A stretch of 64,000 bases of DNA from IMG/VR virus record IMGVR_UViG_3300028030_000009, positions 1 to 64,000 of that record; one strand, 5' to 3'. The notes under the pieces were generated by a model. It made no database searches and was not told where the DNA came from. It worked only from the letters and a program-made list of their open reading frames with translations. Numbering within the stretch: position 1 is the stretch's first letter; each line of letters starts with the position of its first letter. This DNA is from a virus. The translations under genes were made by a program, and so were the position numbers. Positions 37,169 through 47,612 of this stretch are shown here, piece by piece.

Positions 37169-37331
37169 CTACAATACCGCTTCCGTCAACATAGTCAACA
37201 ATTTGCATGTCGCTTCTTCTTACAATAGCTGATTCGCCATATTTGTTGACAACCTCATCAAAATGTTCTCTTGAGAAGAACGAGCCGCTAGTGCCTCTTA
37301 TCATCCTACGCCTTGAGAACCTTTTGTGCAT
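37149..37331 (-). CDS. hypothetical protein
   Basis: fills gap; start uncertain. Confidence 0.4.
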   Translation of the reverse strand: MHKRFSRRRMIRGTSGSFFSREHFDEVVNKYGESAIVRRSDMQIVDYVDGSGIVGDSKRR

Positions 37332-37332
37332 C

Positions 37333-37662
37333 TCAGCAACCCCCAATGTGCGGGATGACGTTGACTCTTTCCCCGCACCCATCACATTCAATGACTGTGC
37401 AACCTTCTCCATAAACGTAGTCACTAATTTCACAAGCTCCCTCATTTGCTACCTCCTGCCTCTCTATATCAAATCCTAGCGCCTCACCAGCTTTTTTTCT
37501 GATGTTTTCGTCGTAAATGTAGACACAGTCATCAACACCAAGTTCTTTTGCAATATCGTCATCGCAGATTTCGAATCCGTTATGGTGACATTTCGAGCAA
37601 TCCCAACTACGACTAACAATCATTGCTTCAGAACCGCACTTTCCACACACTATTTTTTCCAT
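37333..37662 (-). CDS. zinc-ribbon protein
   Basis: CGKCG, CSKC, CDGCG. Confidence 0.65.
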   Translation of the reverse strand: MEKIVCGKCGSEAMIVSRSWDCSKCHHNGFEICDDDIAKELGVDDCVYIYDENIRKKAGEALGFDIERQEVANEGACEISDYVYGEGCTVIECDGCGERVNVIPHIGGC

Positions 37663-37665
37663 TTC

Positions 37666-38547
37666 TTACCCCCAAACAAGCTTTATAGCTGAGCCGTCGC
37701 TAACAAATTGAAACTTATCTGGCGCCTTGGCAGTTCCATTCATAATGTCGTCTGTTGTAATGATAATTGCAGGGTCTCTCATTTTTTCACCAAATATTGT
37801 CAAAATTGGCAAGCTGTCCCCCTTCTTAAGGGCTCTCGCAATGGTTCTTCTTGGTGTGAGCGAGCAATAGCACATTCTGTTGAATGCGTCTGCGTCTTGA
37901 AATTTTTTTTCAATCACAGCATAGTATTCCTCCACTACTCCTGGCAGCTTGTCGGTACTTCTCTTTACTGGCTTTTTACACCGTCCGTCAATGAGAAGCT
38001 CTTCCATATCCTCAACAGATGAACTCTCCAGCAGTTTTACAACCTCTTCATACTCCTCTTTCGTTGCCTTGTCTAGAAAAACAGGAGACATTTCTCTTAG
38101 GACGTTTTCGGATATGACATTTTTTTTGCGAGAAAAAATCTCATCGTCAGATACATCTGTGCTACGCTTATTGTTCAATTTTTTATCAATAGAAAGACTC
38201 ATATATCCGTCTCTCGAATAGAACATCGACGCAGCATGTACATCTTCAGTGACAACGATAACAGCCCCGCCACCCACAGAGCCAAACACACTTGATATTT
38301 TTAATCTGACAGCGCTTATCTTCGCCGTCCCCTTTCCAACAGTGTAGTTCTTTCCTATAAAAAAGAACTCAGTTGCATCCTCCTCTAGTAGCAGCTCCGT
38401 GGCAACCTGTCCCCTTACAGCCGCTGCCTGCTCCCAGCTTTTCCCGTGTAGCATTTTATTTATTTTGTTACCGCATTTTGAACAGAACTTGATAATCTCA
38501 TCATCAGAGAATTCAACATAGTTTCCGCAGTTGCACTTTACTTTCAT
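37666..38547 (-). CDS. hypothetical protein with N-terminal zinc ribbon
   Basis: CNCG...CSKCG. Confidence 0.7.
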   Translation of the reverse strand: MKVKCNCGNYVEFSDDEIIKFCSKCGNKINKMLHGKSWEQAAAVRGQVATELLLEEDATEFFFIGKNYTVGKGTAKISAVRLKISSVFGSVGGGAVIVVTEDVHAASMFYSRDGYMSLSIDKKLNNKRSTDVSDDEIFSRKKNVISENVLREMSPVFLDKATKEEYEEVVKLLESSSVEDMEELLIDGRCKKPVKRSTDKLPGVVEEYYAVIEKKFQDADAFNRMCYCSLTPRRTIARALKKGDSLPILTIFGEKMRDPAIIITTDDIMNGTAKAPDKFQFVSDGSAIKLVWG

Positions 38548-38549
38548 TG

Positions 38550-39065
38550 TTACCTCCCAAAAGTCATTGTCCTTCCAACCACACCAATCAGCTCATACTC
38601 AGCGAAAACGTTTTCATAGAATTCGATAAGTGAGTCGTCATGATATGACGCCGTCAGGAATACAGAAAACCCATCCGTTTGGGTCTCCAGCCATCTCAAC
38701 ATCATTGTCCCATATCCCTTTCCGCGAAACTGCGGCTCAATTTCTATTGACTGAAGATATATATCGCCTGGGCAAAACACATCAACAAGCGAGTTTTCTG
38801 CAGCCTCTAGAGCCTCAATGTCGCATGAAAACATGTCTATCAGTTCAGAGCGGCTCCTTTCCTCGTCTTCAATCCTGTAAGACATTGTTCCTATTTTTAT
38901 ATTTTCACATCCAGATGATAAAAACAATGTTGATTCTTTGATATCTAGCTGACCGTCATCAACGCATGTTGTTGACATAATATGGTCTTCATCTATTTTT
39001 TCAACACGAAACACTTTGGCAATCCTTATTTGGTTTTTTGGGCCAATTCTACCAAAGCATTTCAA
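38550..39065 (-). CDS. GNAT-family acetyltransferase
   Basis: IYLQSIEIEPQFRGKGYGTMML (motif A), LIEFYE. Confidence 0.8.
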   Translation of the reverse strand: MKCFGRIGPKNQIRIAKVFRVEKIDEDHIMSTTCVDDGQLDIKESTLFLSSGCENIKIGTMSYRIEDEERSRSELIDMFSCDIEALEAAENSLVDVFCPGDIYLQSIEIEPQFRGKGYGTMMLRWLETQTDGFSVFLTASYHDDSLIEFYENVFAEYELIGVVGRTMTFGR

Positions 39066-39074
39066 TTACTCAAA

Positions 39075-39551
39075 CTATTTGCTTTCGTCCTCCTGTCCAG
39101 AGCCAACGATTTCATTCATAACAAAATCAATTGTCTCCTTAATCTCTTCGGTTGTCAAATCATCATTGTCAACGATACTCTTCTTTCCTGCAAGCCTGAT
39201 TTCATCGTCGATTTCGGGCATTGTAACAAGCGCCATCATTAGAAAGTTATCATAATCTTCTTCTGGCAGCACATTGGCATGCCCCTCGCCAGTATATACC
39301 TTTCCGTACTTTATCTTTGCAATAGGGTATTTTCCAAGGACAATGGTGCCAGTATCGTCAAACTCCTTGTTCTCTTCATCAAGACCTACATCAAATTTGT
39401 ACTTGCTGTATTTTTCAACTGCATCCTTGAATCCGTCAGCCGACATAAGCATTGGCATCAATTCTGCTCCATCTCTTGGTCTAACCTCAATAACAACACC
39501 GAAATCAAGATTGATATTTTTATTCATAGTTTTCTCCTTTTTATGCGTCAA
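39075..39551 (-). CDS. hypothetical protein
   Basis: ORF in array. Confidence 0.65.
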   Translation of the reverse strand: MTHKKEKTMNKNINLDFGVVIEVRPRDGAELMPMLMSADGFKDAVEKYSKYKFDVGLDEENKEFDDTGTIVLGKYPIAKIKYGKVYTGEGHANVLPEEDYDNFLMMALVTMPEIDDEIRLAGKKSIVDNDDLTTEEIKETIDFVMNEIVGSGQEDESK

Positions 39552-39789
39552 ATGTCATTGCATCAACTTCTTCTTCAGAATAGCCTTCTGTATCAACATA
39601 GAAACCATACTCTGCGCCTATTGCTTTCTCTACCGTCTCAAGTCGTCCGTCAAAATCAAACCCGCCACAAGAAATACATGACTCATTCTCGTACCAATTG
39701 ATTCTTCCGCACTTTTCACACACCTTGAAATCTGTCGGCTTCATTAGAACCTGGTCAAATCTGAATTCCATCTTACTCATCCTCCTCAA
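39541..39789 (-). CDS. zinc-finger protein
   Basis: CEKCG...NWYENESCISCG. Confidence 0.6.
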   Translation of the reverse strand: MRRMSKMEFRFDQVLMKPTDFKVCEKCGRINWYENESCISCGGFDFDGRLETVEKAIGAEYGFYVDTEGYSEEEVDAMTFDA

Positions 39790-40321
39790 AGAAAAATTTT
39801 TTATAGTTTGAATATCCGCCTGTCTCTTGCTGTACCCGCATCCTAATCAGCGCATTTTCTTCATATTCGCTGAGGTTTTCAATCCTCTGCGCTCGCACTG
39901 GCGATTTGCCATCGATGATATAGTACGCCAATTCAATAGCATCGTCTAGGTATGCTCCGTTTTTTGCTTCCGCTATCACAGAACAATTAAGTTCTGCGAT
40001 GTAAATTATAGATATGCCTCTTGCATGCCTAAGAACCGCGGCAACCTCGTCTTTCCCAACATCTTTTTTTTGCAGAATATGCACAAGATTGCTTTTTGGC
40101 CTAAATCTATTGAATAGATTCTCCGAAGCTGTTGTGTCGGTATACTCTTCGATTGCGTCAAGAACATGCTCATAGTTGTATCTATTCTTCTCATACCACT
40201 CAACAAAGTCCTCGGAGGACTCTACAATTTCAGCGGCAGAGCAGAACACCTCAAGCGACCTATTAACATAGTGGCACCCATGTTGCTTCGCAAAGAATGG
40301 GTATGTAATGGTATACGCCAT
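39773..40321 (-). CDS. hypothetical protein
   Basis: 182 aa ORF. Confidence 0.7.
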   Translation of the reverse strand: MAYTITYPFFAKQHGCHYVNRSLEVFCSAAEIVESSEDFVEWYEKNRYNYEHVLDAIEEYTDTTASENLFNRFRPKSNLVHILQKKDVGKDEVAAVLRHARGISIIYIAELNCSVIAEAKNGAYLDDAIELAYYIIDGKSPVRAQRIENLSEYEENALIRMRVQQETGGYSNYKKFFFEEDE

Positions 40322-40333
40322 TGCTTCTCCTCC

Positions 40334-41476
40334 TTATTTTTTTGGTATGCTGATTTTCATATATTTTGTCATGTCAGACAGAACATCAATGCTAAGTTCC
40401 ACATCGTCTCCGTCATCTTTTGCATAAATATAAATGTCCTCAGAGTCAGTCATAAAGTTTGCTTTTTTCTGGGCTGAGTCAGAGTCATACAGGTCGGCTG
40501 TACCGTCAGTTGGCACGAACACAATATCTGTTTCTTCATCAACATCAACTCTAGTCACACGGATGCCTGAGTCTTCACACATTGGTACAGAATACGCCCT
40601 GATTCTGAACGGCTCAACCATATTCGCTTTTACTTTTGTTGCCCATATCTCTATTGCATTATCAGCGACATGAGATGTCAATGGGCCTTTTTTCTTTATT
40701 TCGTATGGCGTAGGTGCTGACCACTCATCCTGCTTCACATAGATTTTGATTCCGTTTATGCAGTCCGGGTCGTCATATTTGTTCTCACACTCAACAAGAA
40801 GATATTCCGTAACCTGCCATGTCTTTGTTATGACATCTATGATGTTTTGGACATCTTTATATTTGAAATCAAGCTCTTCTGTGAACGGCCTTCCAAATGG
40901 AACCCATCCGAAACTCTCTGGGTCGCCGACAAGCATTGCAACCTTTTCGGTGTTTGAAGCATTCTCATAGTAATCATGCTCGTTTCCTTTGATTGGAATG
41001 ATTTCTCCATCCAAGTAAAACCATGACGGCCTCCACCACACTGAACTTGCCTGTGTTCTGTATGCCTTGCCGTCACTCGCAATAATCCACTCGTCATGCC
41101 ATTCAGGGTTGTATCCCATATTCTCAAGTAGTTCAAAAAAGCAATTTCCTGTCATGTTCCAATTTCCGAGTAGCACAAGCCCTTCTTCATGGTATCCAGG
41201 CTCTCCGTACTCTTCTGCATAGTCATATACAAATTGATTATCTGTGCTTCCTTGAACACTGTCCATGATTAGCTTATATACTGAGTCTTCGAGAGACCAA
41301 TTTTTTCCAACAGCTTCGATAGCCTTGTCAACAGACAGTTCCTCATCCTCAACAAGCATGTCAATCTTGACTCCGAACATGCTTTCGATGACGTGTTTTG
41401 CCTCATCAATTTCCCCGCGTCCATTCACGCAGTCGAAAAACTCTGATACCCTCTCTTTGTCTGCTTTATTCATCAT
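40334..41476 (-). CDS. hypothetical protein
   Basis: 380 aa; YGEPGY...GNWN...EWHDEW...GKAYRT. Confidence 0.75.
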   Translation of the reverse strand: MMNKADKERVSEFFDCVNGRGEIDEAKHVIESMFGVKIDMLVEDEELSVDKAIEAVGKNWSLEDSVYKLIMDSVQGSTDNQFVYDYAEEYGEPGYHEEGLVLLGNWNMTGNCFFELLENMGYNPEWHDEWIIASDGKAYRTQASSVWWRPSWFYLDGEIIPIKGNEHDYYENASNTEKVAMLVGDPESFGWVPFGRPFTEELDFKYKDVQNIIDVITKTWQVTEYLLVECENKYDDPDCINGIKIYVKQDEWSAPTPYEIKKKGPLTSHVADNAIEIWATKVKANMVEPFRIRAYSVPMCEDSGIRVTRVDVDEETDIVFVPTDGTADLYDSDSAQKKANFMTDSEDIYIYAKDDGDDVELSIDVLSDMTKYMKISIPKK

Positions 41477-42020
41477 ACGCTCCGTTTCTTGCTTCTATTG
41501 CTTCTTCAAGCGCAACTTCACCGATTACCATTTCTGCTATTTCTTTGTCTTTTTCTGAGATACAATCTGCTTCTGCAAGATATGTCTCTACAATATACGG
41601 GTCCCAGTATTCGACATTGTCATATCTTTCGAGAATATCATTGGTTAGAACTTCTGACAGTCCTCCTTCGCTATTTTCGCAAACTCCAACAAGGTCGCAC
41701 ATGTCAACCTCACCATCTTCGACGGCAACATCAAGTAGCTTGTCAGAATATTCAGTAAGTAGCATTCCTATGTTTTCGATGCACTGCTCCTCCTCTATTT
41801 CTTGCGCACTAGCACCTTTCAGGTACAAGAACTCTACATCATAATCAATGTCTGTGTACGGAACAGCTCCAGCAAAGTCATCATCATAATGTGCAATCGA
41901 GCCAGTAATAATAGCGCGCGTCGCACAGGACGGCATGATATGTTTATTTAGTTCATAAGAAACTGATTCTGCACATTCTCCTGTTACCGTGATAGTAAAT
42001 GTCCCACTTTTTACACTCAT
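41466..42020 (-). CDS. hypothetical acidic protein
   Basis: 184 aa ORF. Confidence 0.65.
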   Translation of the reverse strand: MSVKSGTFTITVTGECAESVSYELNKHIMPSCATRAIITGSIAHYDDDFAGAVPYTDIDYDVEFLYLKGASAQEIEEEQCIENIGMLLTEYSDKLLDVAVEDGEVDMCDLVGVCENSEGGLSEVLTNDILERYDNVEYWDPYIVETYLAEADCISEKDKEIAEMVIGEVALEEAIEARNGAYDE

Positions 42021-42031
42021 GCTATCCTCCT

Positions 42032-42358
42032 CTACCAGTTAAATTTTTCTAAAAACGACACCTCGTCTGCACAGCCCCTAATCACGAGCCATCTAACCCC
42101 CATATCAAAGAACGCATACCGGCACAGCTTGATAAAGGCATCACTCATTCCTATCTTAGGAGCATTTTCCAGTATAAGCTCCATGTCGTTATATAGGATG
42201 AAACCTGTATCAATCATGCTGAGCACAGGAAGCCTAAAATCCATTCCAGTAGCATCAAGCTCTAGTTTATTTGCGTCCTGCTCTGTTATATGGGCAGTGC
42301 TTACATCTAGAAATGTATTTATTGCGCTCACGGCTAATCCTCCTCGTACATCAAGCAT
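42032..42358 (-). CDS. DUF5983-like protein
   Basis: FLDVSTAHITEQD motif. Confidence 0.55.
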   Translation of the reverse strand: MLDVRGGLAVSAINTFLDVSTAHITEQDANKLELDATGMDFRLPVLSMIDTGFILYNDMELILENAPKIGMSDAFIKLCRYAFFDMGVRWLVIRGCADEVSFLEKFNW

Positions 42359-42663
42359 ATACTTCCATCTCCCTCAAGAACAGACACATAAAACCTATTG
42401 TCATCGAGTTCTTCGCTGGCAATGTCGGAAAGTTTGTCCATAAGCTCATTGACCATTATGTCCTTGCCTTCAAAATCCAGGCTCCTGAACTCTTCAAGCT
42501 TTTCATGGAAGTATTCCTCAACAAAAATTTCATCCATATACACGCCATGATGCGAATCAACGAGCGTATCAACCACAATCGGCATTCCATCGACATACCA
42601 CTTCTCGTTTTTAACGTCGTTTATTGTCTTGAAATACCTATCTTTATTTTGAATGAAAAACAT
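42334..42663 (-). CDS. hypothetical protein
   Basis: LVDSHHGVY motif. Confidence 0.6.
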   Translation of the reverse strand: MFFIQNKDRYFKTINDVKNEKWYVDGMPIVVDTLVDSHHGVYMDEIFVEEYFHEKLEEFRSLDFEGKDIMVNELMDKLSDIASEELDDNRFYVSVLEGDGSICLMYEED

Positions 42664-42682
42664 TCTTTGCCATCCTTTCTTT

Positions 42683-42913
42683 TTAGTCTATTGCCAGGAA
42701 GTTGTTGTGACCATTTCTTGTGCATGCCGTTGATTTTACATAATCAACGTTTTTTGACGCAGCTTTTTTGTCACCAACCTCAGCAAGTCTCTCTTTGTGC
42801 TTTTTGTACCGCAGGCATGTGTCTTTGATAGAGCATCTATAGCCAGTACAGTACACAAACTTAACAATCTCCATCGGCTCCTCCTGTTGCAGCAAAATAT
42901 TCGTCAAGCCCAT
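42683..42913 (-). CDS. small Cys-rich protein
   Basis: CTGYRCSIKDTCLRY; start likely MEIVKF. Confidence 0.55.
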   Translation of the reverse strand: MGLTNILLQQEEPMEIVKFVYCTGYRCSIKDTCLRYKKHKERLAEVGDKKAASKNVDYVKSTACTRNGHNNFLAID

Positions 42914-43220
42914 GCTTTTCTAGCACAGAGCTGCATGCGTCCATTAAGTCCTTTATGACATCTTCTGTCTTAATTCCCTTCTTCTTCGCATCAGCATCCA
43001 TTTCTGAAAGCAGCTCCTCGTTGAAATCCCTTGCATTCACAAGTGTACTCAACTTATAGCTGTCAACATCAACCATCTGCTTCTCAAGCATCTTTGCGAT
43101 TTCTGATTTCGCTTTCTCCTTTTTTGCTGATGTGGCAACATAATATGGAAGAAACATCCAATACACAGGTGAATCTCCATATAGGCTATAACTGTCCTTT
43201 AATCTCTTCTTCGGATTCAT
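42861..43220 (-). CDS. hypothetical protein
   Basis: 119 aa, coupled to the dUTPase. Confidence 0.6.
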   Translation of the reverse strand: MNPKKRLKDSYSLYGDSPVYWMFLPYYVATSAKKEKAKSEIAKMLEKQMVDVDSYKLSTLVNARDFNEELLSEMDADAKKKGIKTEDVIKDLMDACSSVLEKHGLDEYFAATGGADGDC

Positions 43221-43900
43221 TATCGCGCCTTTTCTTCCTCTACGTACTTGTTGTACTCTCTATACTTTTCTTCTAGTGCCTTGTACAGGTCGTCTTCGAA
43301 TGTCTGAGAAATTTCAAGATTCGCTGCCGCCTCCTGTGCATATACATTGTCCTCTTTGCCAAACCACAACTTGGAATAGAATCCCTCCTTGTAGCCATTC
43401 TTCTGGCGAAACTCATTGAGTACATTTTTTGCAAAATATGCTTTATACACATCCTCGTATGACATGCCAAGCATTTTTGCGAGCGCCATAACTTTCAAAT
43501 AGATATCAACTGTTTGTGCGTCAGATGTTTTTCCTGCCGTAAATGTCATCAGGATGATTTCGTCAATAGTATCCTCAATCTTCTCAACGAGGATATCATC
43601 AGAGTATGGATACTCCTGGCGCATAGCATCACGAACTCTTTCGTCAATCCAATCCCACATGAAATACTCTTCCTGGAGCAGAATCGACATTGCAAAGTGG
43701 ACCATGTCAACAGCCTCAACTCGAAGGTTTTCTTTGTCAAGCTCTCCACTCTTCCACCACTTCCATGGAGTTGAATCCATTGCTTCTGATGCTTCTTGGC
43801 GAAGCGCTCGTCTAAAATTTAGCCCCTTGTTTTTCCATCCTTTAACTGTGAGCTCGTTCAGATTGTCCTGCTTTTCTGCAATTTTCTTTGTGAGGTTCAT
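43220..43900 (-). CDS. dut: dimeric (all-alpha) dUTPase
   Basis: QEASEAMDSTPWKWWK...VEAVDMVHF...YFAKNVLNEFRQKNGYKEG.Y.K.W.GKEDN. Confidence 0.92.
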   Translation of the reverse strand: MNLTKKIAEKQDNLNELTVKGWKNKGLNFRRALRQEASEAMDSTPWKWWKSGELDKENLRVEAVDMVHFAMSILLQEEYFMWDWIDERVRDAMRQEYPYSDDILVEKIEDTIDEIILMTFTAGKTSDAQTVDIYLKVMALAKMLGMSYEDVYKAYFAKNVLNEFRQKNGYKEGFYSKLWFGKEDNVYAQEAAANLEISQTFEDDLYKALEEKYREYNKYVEEEKAR

Positions 43901-43948
43901 AGTTGTTCCTTTTTTGTGTTTTTGTATTTAATAGTGTAAAGATTGTCT

Positions 43949-44188
43949 CTATCGATTTCGACAAATCTCGTCACTTGCCATTGCATCGATTACTTTTCTC
44001 TCAAACCATACTATCGCATCAGAGTAAGAAGAGAACTCTCTTGACTCATTAGCGACAACAGCTATCCACCCGTGTCCGTCATCATGTATTACAAGCTTCA
44101 ACTCCGCAACAACACCGTTTATGATGATGTGCTTAACTGTTTCCATCTTCTCCTCCAAGGTATTTGCCAAGCATAGGGTACTTTTCAT
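43949..44188 (-). CDS. hypothetical protein
   Basis: ORF in array. Confidence 0.5.
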   Translation of the reverse strand: MKSTLCLANTLEEKMETVKHIIINGVVAELKLVIHDDGHGWIAVVANESREFSSYSDAIVWFERKVIDAMASDEICRNR

Positions 44189-44390
44189 CAGTTGCTACAA
44201 CCCACCCATATGCTACTGCGTTTTCAAATCCGACTACACTTTTTTCTCCGCAACATGAGCATTGATAATTTACAGCATCGGGCTCACACGGACCTTCCTC
44301 TATATGCCCACACTCAATACAGTACCCCATTGAGTGCTCAAGATACTTGTCAACAAGTTTCCTGTTTACCATTACACCATCTACTACCAT
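44133..44390 (-). CDS. zinc-finger protein
   Basis: GYCIECG...EPDAVNYQCSCCG. Confidence 0.65.
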   Translation of the reverse strand: MVVDGVMVNRKLVDKYLEHSMGYCIECGHIEEGPCEPDAVNYQCSCCGEKSVVGFENAVAYGWVVATDEKYPMLGKYLGGEDGNS

Positions 44391-44713
44391 CAGAGCTCCT
44401 CAATTCCCAAAATTTCCATCGCCTGCTTCATATGCTCATCTGTAAGCTCGATATCCTCAGGGATGCCATATAGCCACTCTTCAAGCTGTTTCATTTCTTT
44501 GTCACCAAACCACTCTGCCGTATCAATTTCAATTTCATCGTCAGTATAGTCGTCAATACCATATATCGTGCTAGGGATATCGCCGGACATGGTGATTGTG
44601 TTCCACAGCAGCTCGAAGACCTCTTCGTCGTCAGCGATAAGCTCGCATTCGTTTACATATCCAAGGTGGGGCTCACCTGGAATAGTCATATACTTTTCGC
44701 ACTTAAGATACAT
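44390..44713 (-). CDS. hypothetical acidic protein
   Basis: 107 aa ORF. Confidence 0.6.
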   Translation of the reverse strand: MYLKCEKYMTIPGEPHLGYVNECELIADDEEVFELLWNTITMSGDIPSTIYGIDDYTDDEIEIDTAEWFGDKEMKQLEEWLYGIPEDIELTDEHMKQAMEILGIEEL

Positions 44714-45002
44714 TCTCTTTCCTTTTTTTATTTTCAGAAATTGCAGCAGCGTATAGCTTCAATTGGCGTTGCAGCTCTTTGTGCTTGTCCATTATTCGCT
44801 GAAGCATTCGCTCTGTGTCGTATACAAATTCCACAGACTTCATTACTTCTTTTGCGTCATTACTCTGAACCCATCCGGCAACACCATCAACATACAGGTC
44901 TCCATTTATGTCAAACCAGAAGCAATCTCCTTCTTGTATTGTCCCACAGTCGCTGCCTTTAAGCGCTATTTTTGGCGCCGACATTAGGCTTACTGCGTTC
45001 AT
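44703..45002 (-). CDS. hypothetical protein
   Basis: 99 aa ORF. Confidence 0.6.
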   Translation of the reverse strand: MNAVSLMSAPKIALKGSDCGTIQEGDCFWFDINGDLYVDGVAGWVQSNDAKEVMKSVEFVYDTERMLQRIMDKHKELQRQLKLYAAAISENKKRKENVS

Positions 45003-45280
45003 TTTGACCCCCTAAGGAAATAGTCTGAGATTTCCGGCCTAGGAATATGTGGAGTTGATGTTACAAGATGTGACATTGGCATTGCAACAACCACCGAGCA
45101 AAGTTCGACATCATCAAGGCTTCTGCCGGAAAATACCTCAGAGTCATATACATACTCTCCGGTATCCTCGTCCTCATAAATCGCATGAACTTCGCTGTCA
45201 ACATAAGGAGTGTCCTTTATAAGAACAACATAGCCCATGTCAAAATACAGCTCAAGGGCCTTTGCTTCTTTTCTTGTCAT
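44999..45280 (-). CDS. hypothetical protein
   Basis: 93 aa ORF. Confidence 0.6.
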   Translation of the reverse strand: MTRKEAKALELYFDMGYVVLIKDTPYVDSEVHAIYEDEDTGEYVYDSEVFSGRSLDDVELCSVVVAMPMSHLVTSTPHIPRPEISDYFLRGSK

Positions 45281-45289
45281 ACTCTCTCC

Positions 45290-45766
45290 TTACCAACTTG
45301 AATGATATTCCCACTCTGCGTAGAACCCGTCTGGTACACTATCAGCCCATTCGAACTCCTCCTCAAGTTTTTTCTTAGTGTATTCAAGGTCATCCCAATA
45401 GTATTCATCGTACTCAGTGTCTCCAAAAAAGAATCCGGCTTGGGTTGGAAGCAACTCTTCAGCAGTTTCTTCCGAGCGACTCTCAAGAACCTTTTTAACT
45501 GTTTTGTATAGCTCCTCAAGCGCCTCCCTAGGCACATAATATGTTCCACAATTGTCCTCTCCGTCCTGAATGTTATCGACGAACCACTTGTGGATTTGAT
45601 TCGATTTTCTCCAGTAGATTCCCTCGATTACAACATATGACACATTGTTGCACTCAAATTCGTTGCCGTCAATTTTAAACTTGCACCCGCCTTCTACACC
45701 TCTATGGTCGTACTGCTGTCCTACAAACACCTTCCTATTCAAAAACATATCAAGTCCCATTTTCAT
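45290..45766 (-). CDS. conserved-type phage protein (MGLDM...YWRK.N.IH.WF)
   Basis: YWRKSNQIHKWF, LLPTQAGFFFG, Y.SSW end. Confidence 0.75.
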   Translation of the reverse strand: MKMGLDMFLNRKVFVGQQYDHRGVEGGCKFKIDGNEFECNNVSYVVIEGIYWRKSNQIHKWFVDNIQDGEDNCGTYYVPREALEELYKTVKKVLESRSEETAEELLPTQAGFFFGDTEYDEYYWDDLEYTKKKLEEEFEWADSVPDGFYAEWEYHSSW

Positions 45767-45772
45767 CTCCTT

Positions 45773-45979
45773 CTATTTTGTTGTATTTTCTGCCAGAAAT
45801 ACTTTGTATAGGCCTTCTGCATCTGCAAAGGCAACTCCACCATGTTCACATTCAAGCTGGGCACAAATGCGATTTCCATCACACTCATACACAGCTGTTA
45901 CTGTCATTTTTTCTCCAGAAAGCAAGTCATAGAAGCTTTCACACGTTATTGTGTCAGCAATCTCTATCAGCTTGTTCAT
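45773..45979 (-). CDS. hypothetical protein
   Basis: 68 aa ORF. Confidence 0.5.
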   Translation of the reverse strand: MNKLIEIADTITCESFYDLLSGEKMTVTAVYECDGNRICAQLECEHGGVAFADAEGLYKVFLAENTTK

Positions 45980-46227
45980 CTTTCTTTCTCTCGCAAGCGC
46001 TCTCCATGCGTAGCAATTTTAACCACATCAATCATTTCTCGCTCAATAAGCTCTTTTGTTGCCTCCATGGTGTCAGCAAGCTCATCGTATCCTACGTCTT
46101 CTAATGGCTCCCAGACGATTGTTTTTTCAGGCTCATTCATGAAGTCATCGTATGTTCCATCGCTCAGGTAGCAGCCTGCTGCAAGTCTTTTTGCTTTTTC
46201 TTTGATTATGTATTTCAAGTCGTTCAT
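45976..46227 (-). CDS. hypothetical protein
   Basis: 83 aa; IVWEPLE. Confidence 0.6.
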   Translation of the reverse strand: MNDLKYIIKEKAKRLAAGCYLSDGTYDDFMNEPEKTIVWEPLEDVGYDELADTMEATKELIEREMIDVVKIATHGERLREKER

Positions 46228-47603
46228 TGCTTACCTCCTTCATATTTTACATTCGCAGAAACAAGTGCCTTGGCAACCTGAGGAACAACACTGTTTCCAC
46301 ACATCCGAACTTGTGCGCTTCTCGTGAGCTTTCTCCCGCGAGGGTTTCCAGTCTTTGAATCATACACATTATCTATCGCATACGAATCAGGGAAACCTTG
46401 CGCCCTAAATAGTTCCCTAGGTGTGAACATCCTCATGCACACATCTGTAATAACGTAATCGTCACCATTTACATTTACCACTCCGAACCGCTCTTTTGTT
46501 GTAACTGTGTGCAATGGAGAATCAACTGGATGGGACGTTCCGTTCCCATAATATTTCATCAGGAATGTTCTAACCTCTCCATGATGAGAGCCGCTGCTTG
46601 TAATTGTGTGCATTGGCTCATCCATCTTTGAGCCATAGTTGTTGTTTCTCATTTTCACAACATGGCTTAGTACAAGTTGTTGCTGGCTTCCAGTCCTGGT
46701 TACTGTTGACATTGGCGTGTCAACCGCCCTGCCGACATTTCCAAGGTTGTGCTGCGCAACAAACAATGCAGCCTTGTCAACATGCATAGAATTGCATTCA
46801 ACCGGTGCTACAAATGGCTTATCATTATCAATTACAAATTTTCTTATCCCTGTTGCTATTCTGTGCATTGTCTTCTCTGCGAGCGGTCGCTTGACACCGT
46901 ACTGCTTTCCCTCTTCCTTGCTCAGAAAAATTGAGTATGCTGGTGTGTCCCAATCAATGCAGTCAGCAGCAGTTTTCCATGGAAGTCTATCTGGATATTT
47001 TCTTGGGTCTCCATGCGTCGGCTCTGGCCAAACGATTGGCTTTCCATCACATCTGGCCACCATGAATAATCGCTTTCTTGTAGTTGGCGCGCCATAGTCC
47101 GACGCTACGAGCTCTTTCCATTCGACCTTGTACCCTATATGCTCAAGCTCTTTTACAAAAATATTGAACGTCATGCCAGCCTTGTCTTTGATTGGCATTC
47201 CGTTATCGTCAAGAGGCCCCCATGTCTGGAACTCTTCGACGTTTTCAAGGATAATCACATCTGGCCTAACATCGTTAGCCCACCTTACTGCAACCCATGC
47301 AAGGCTTCTTATATTGCAGTCTAGAGGCTTCCCGCCTTTTGCTTTTGAGAAATGCTTACAATCCGGCGAGAGCCATAGCAATGCTACACCATGTCTAACA
47401 GCACCGCATACCTTCTTTGGGTCAACGTCAAATACATCCTCTTTGTAGTGAATCGTGTTCCTGTGGTTAGCAGCATGCATAGCAATTGCTTCATCGTCAT
47501 GGTTGACCGCAATATCTGGAGACACTCCAAGAGCCCACTCTATCCCAAGGCTTGCGCCACCTCCTCCAGCAAATAGGTCAACTATTAATTTACCGTTAAA
47601 CAC
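46224..47603 (-). CDS. C5-cytosine DNA methyltransferase (orphan)
   Basis: DLFAGGGG (I), SPDCKHFS (IV), ENVEEF (VI), TRKRLF (VIII), RAQGFP/GNSV (IX-X). Confidence 0.95.
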   Translation of the reverse strand: MFNGKLIVDLFAGGGGASLGIEWALGVSPDIAVNHDDEAIAMHAANHRNTIHYKEDVFDVDPKKVCGAVRHGVALLWLSPDCKHFSKAKGGKPLDCNIRSLAWVAVRWANDVRPDVIILENVEEFQTWGPLDDNGMPIKDKAGMTFNIFVKELEHIGYKVEWKELVASDYGAPTTRKRLFMVARCDGKPIVWPEPTHGDPRKYPDRLPWKTAADCIDWDTPAYSIFLSKEEGKQYGVKRPLAEKTMHRIATGIRKFVIDNDKPFVAPVECNSMHVDKAALFVAQHNLGNVGRAVDTPMSTVTRTGSQQQLVLSHVVKMRNNNYGSKMDEPMHTITSSGSHHGEVRTFLMKYYGNGTSHPVDSPLHTVTTKERFGVVNVNGDDYVITDVCMRMFTPRELFRAQGFPDSYAIDNVYDSKTGNPRGRKLTRSAQVRMCGNSVVPQVAKALVSANVKYEGGKQ

Positions 47604-47612
47604 GCTTCCTCC

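Noticed and set aside
46224-47603. Restriction-modification system
   Set aside because: No cognate endonuclease is recognisable beside the methyltransferase; treated as an orphan
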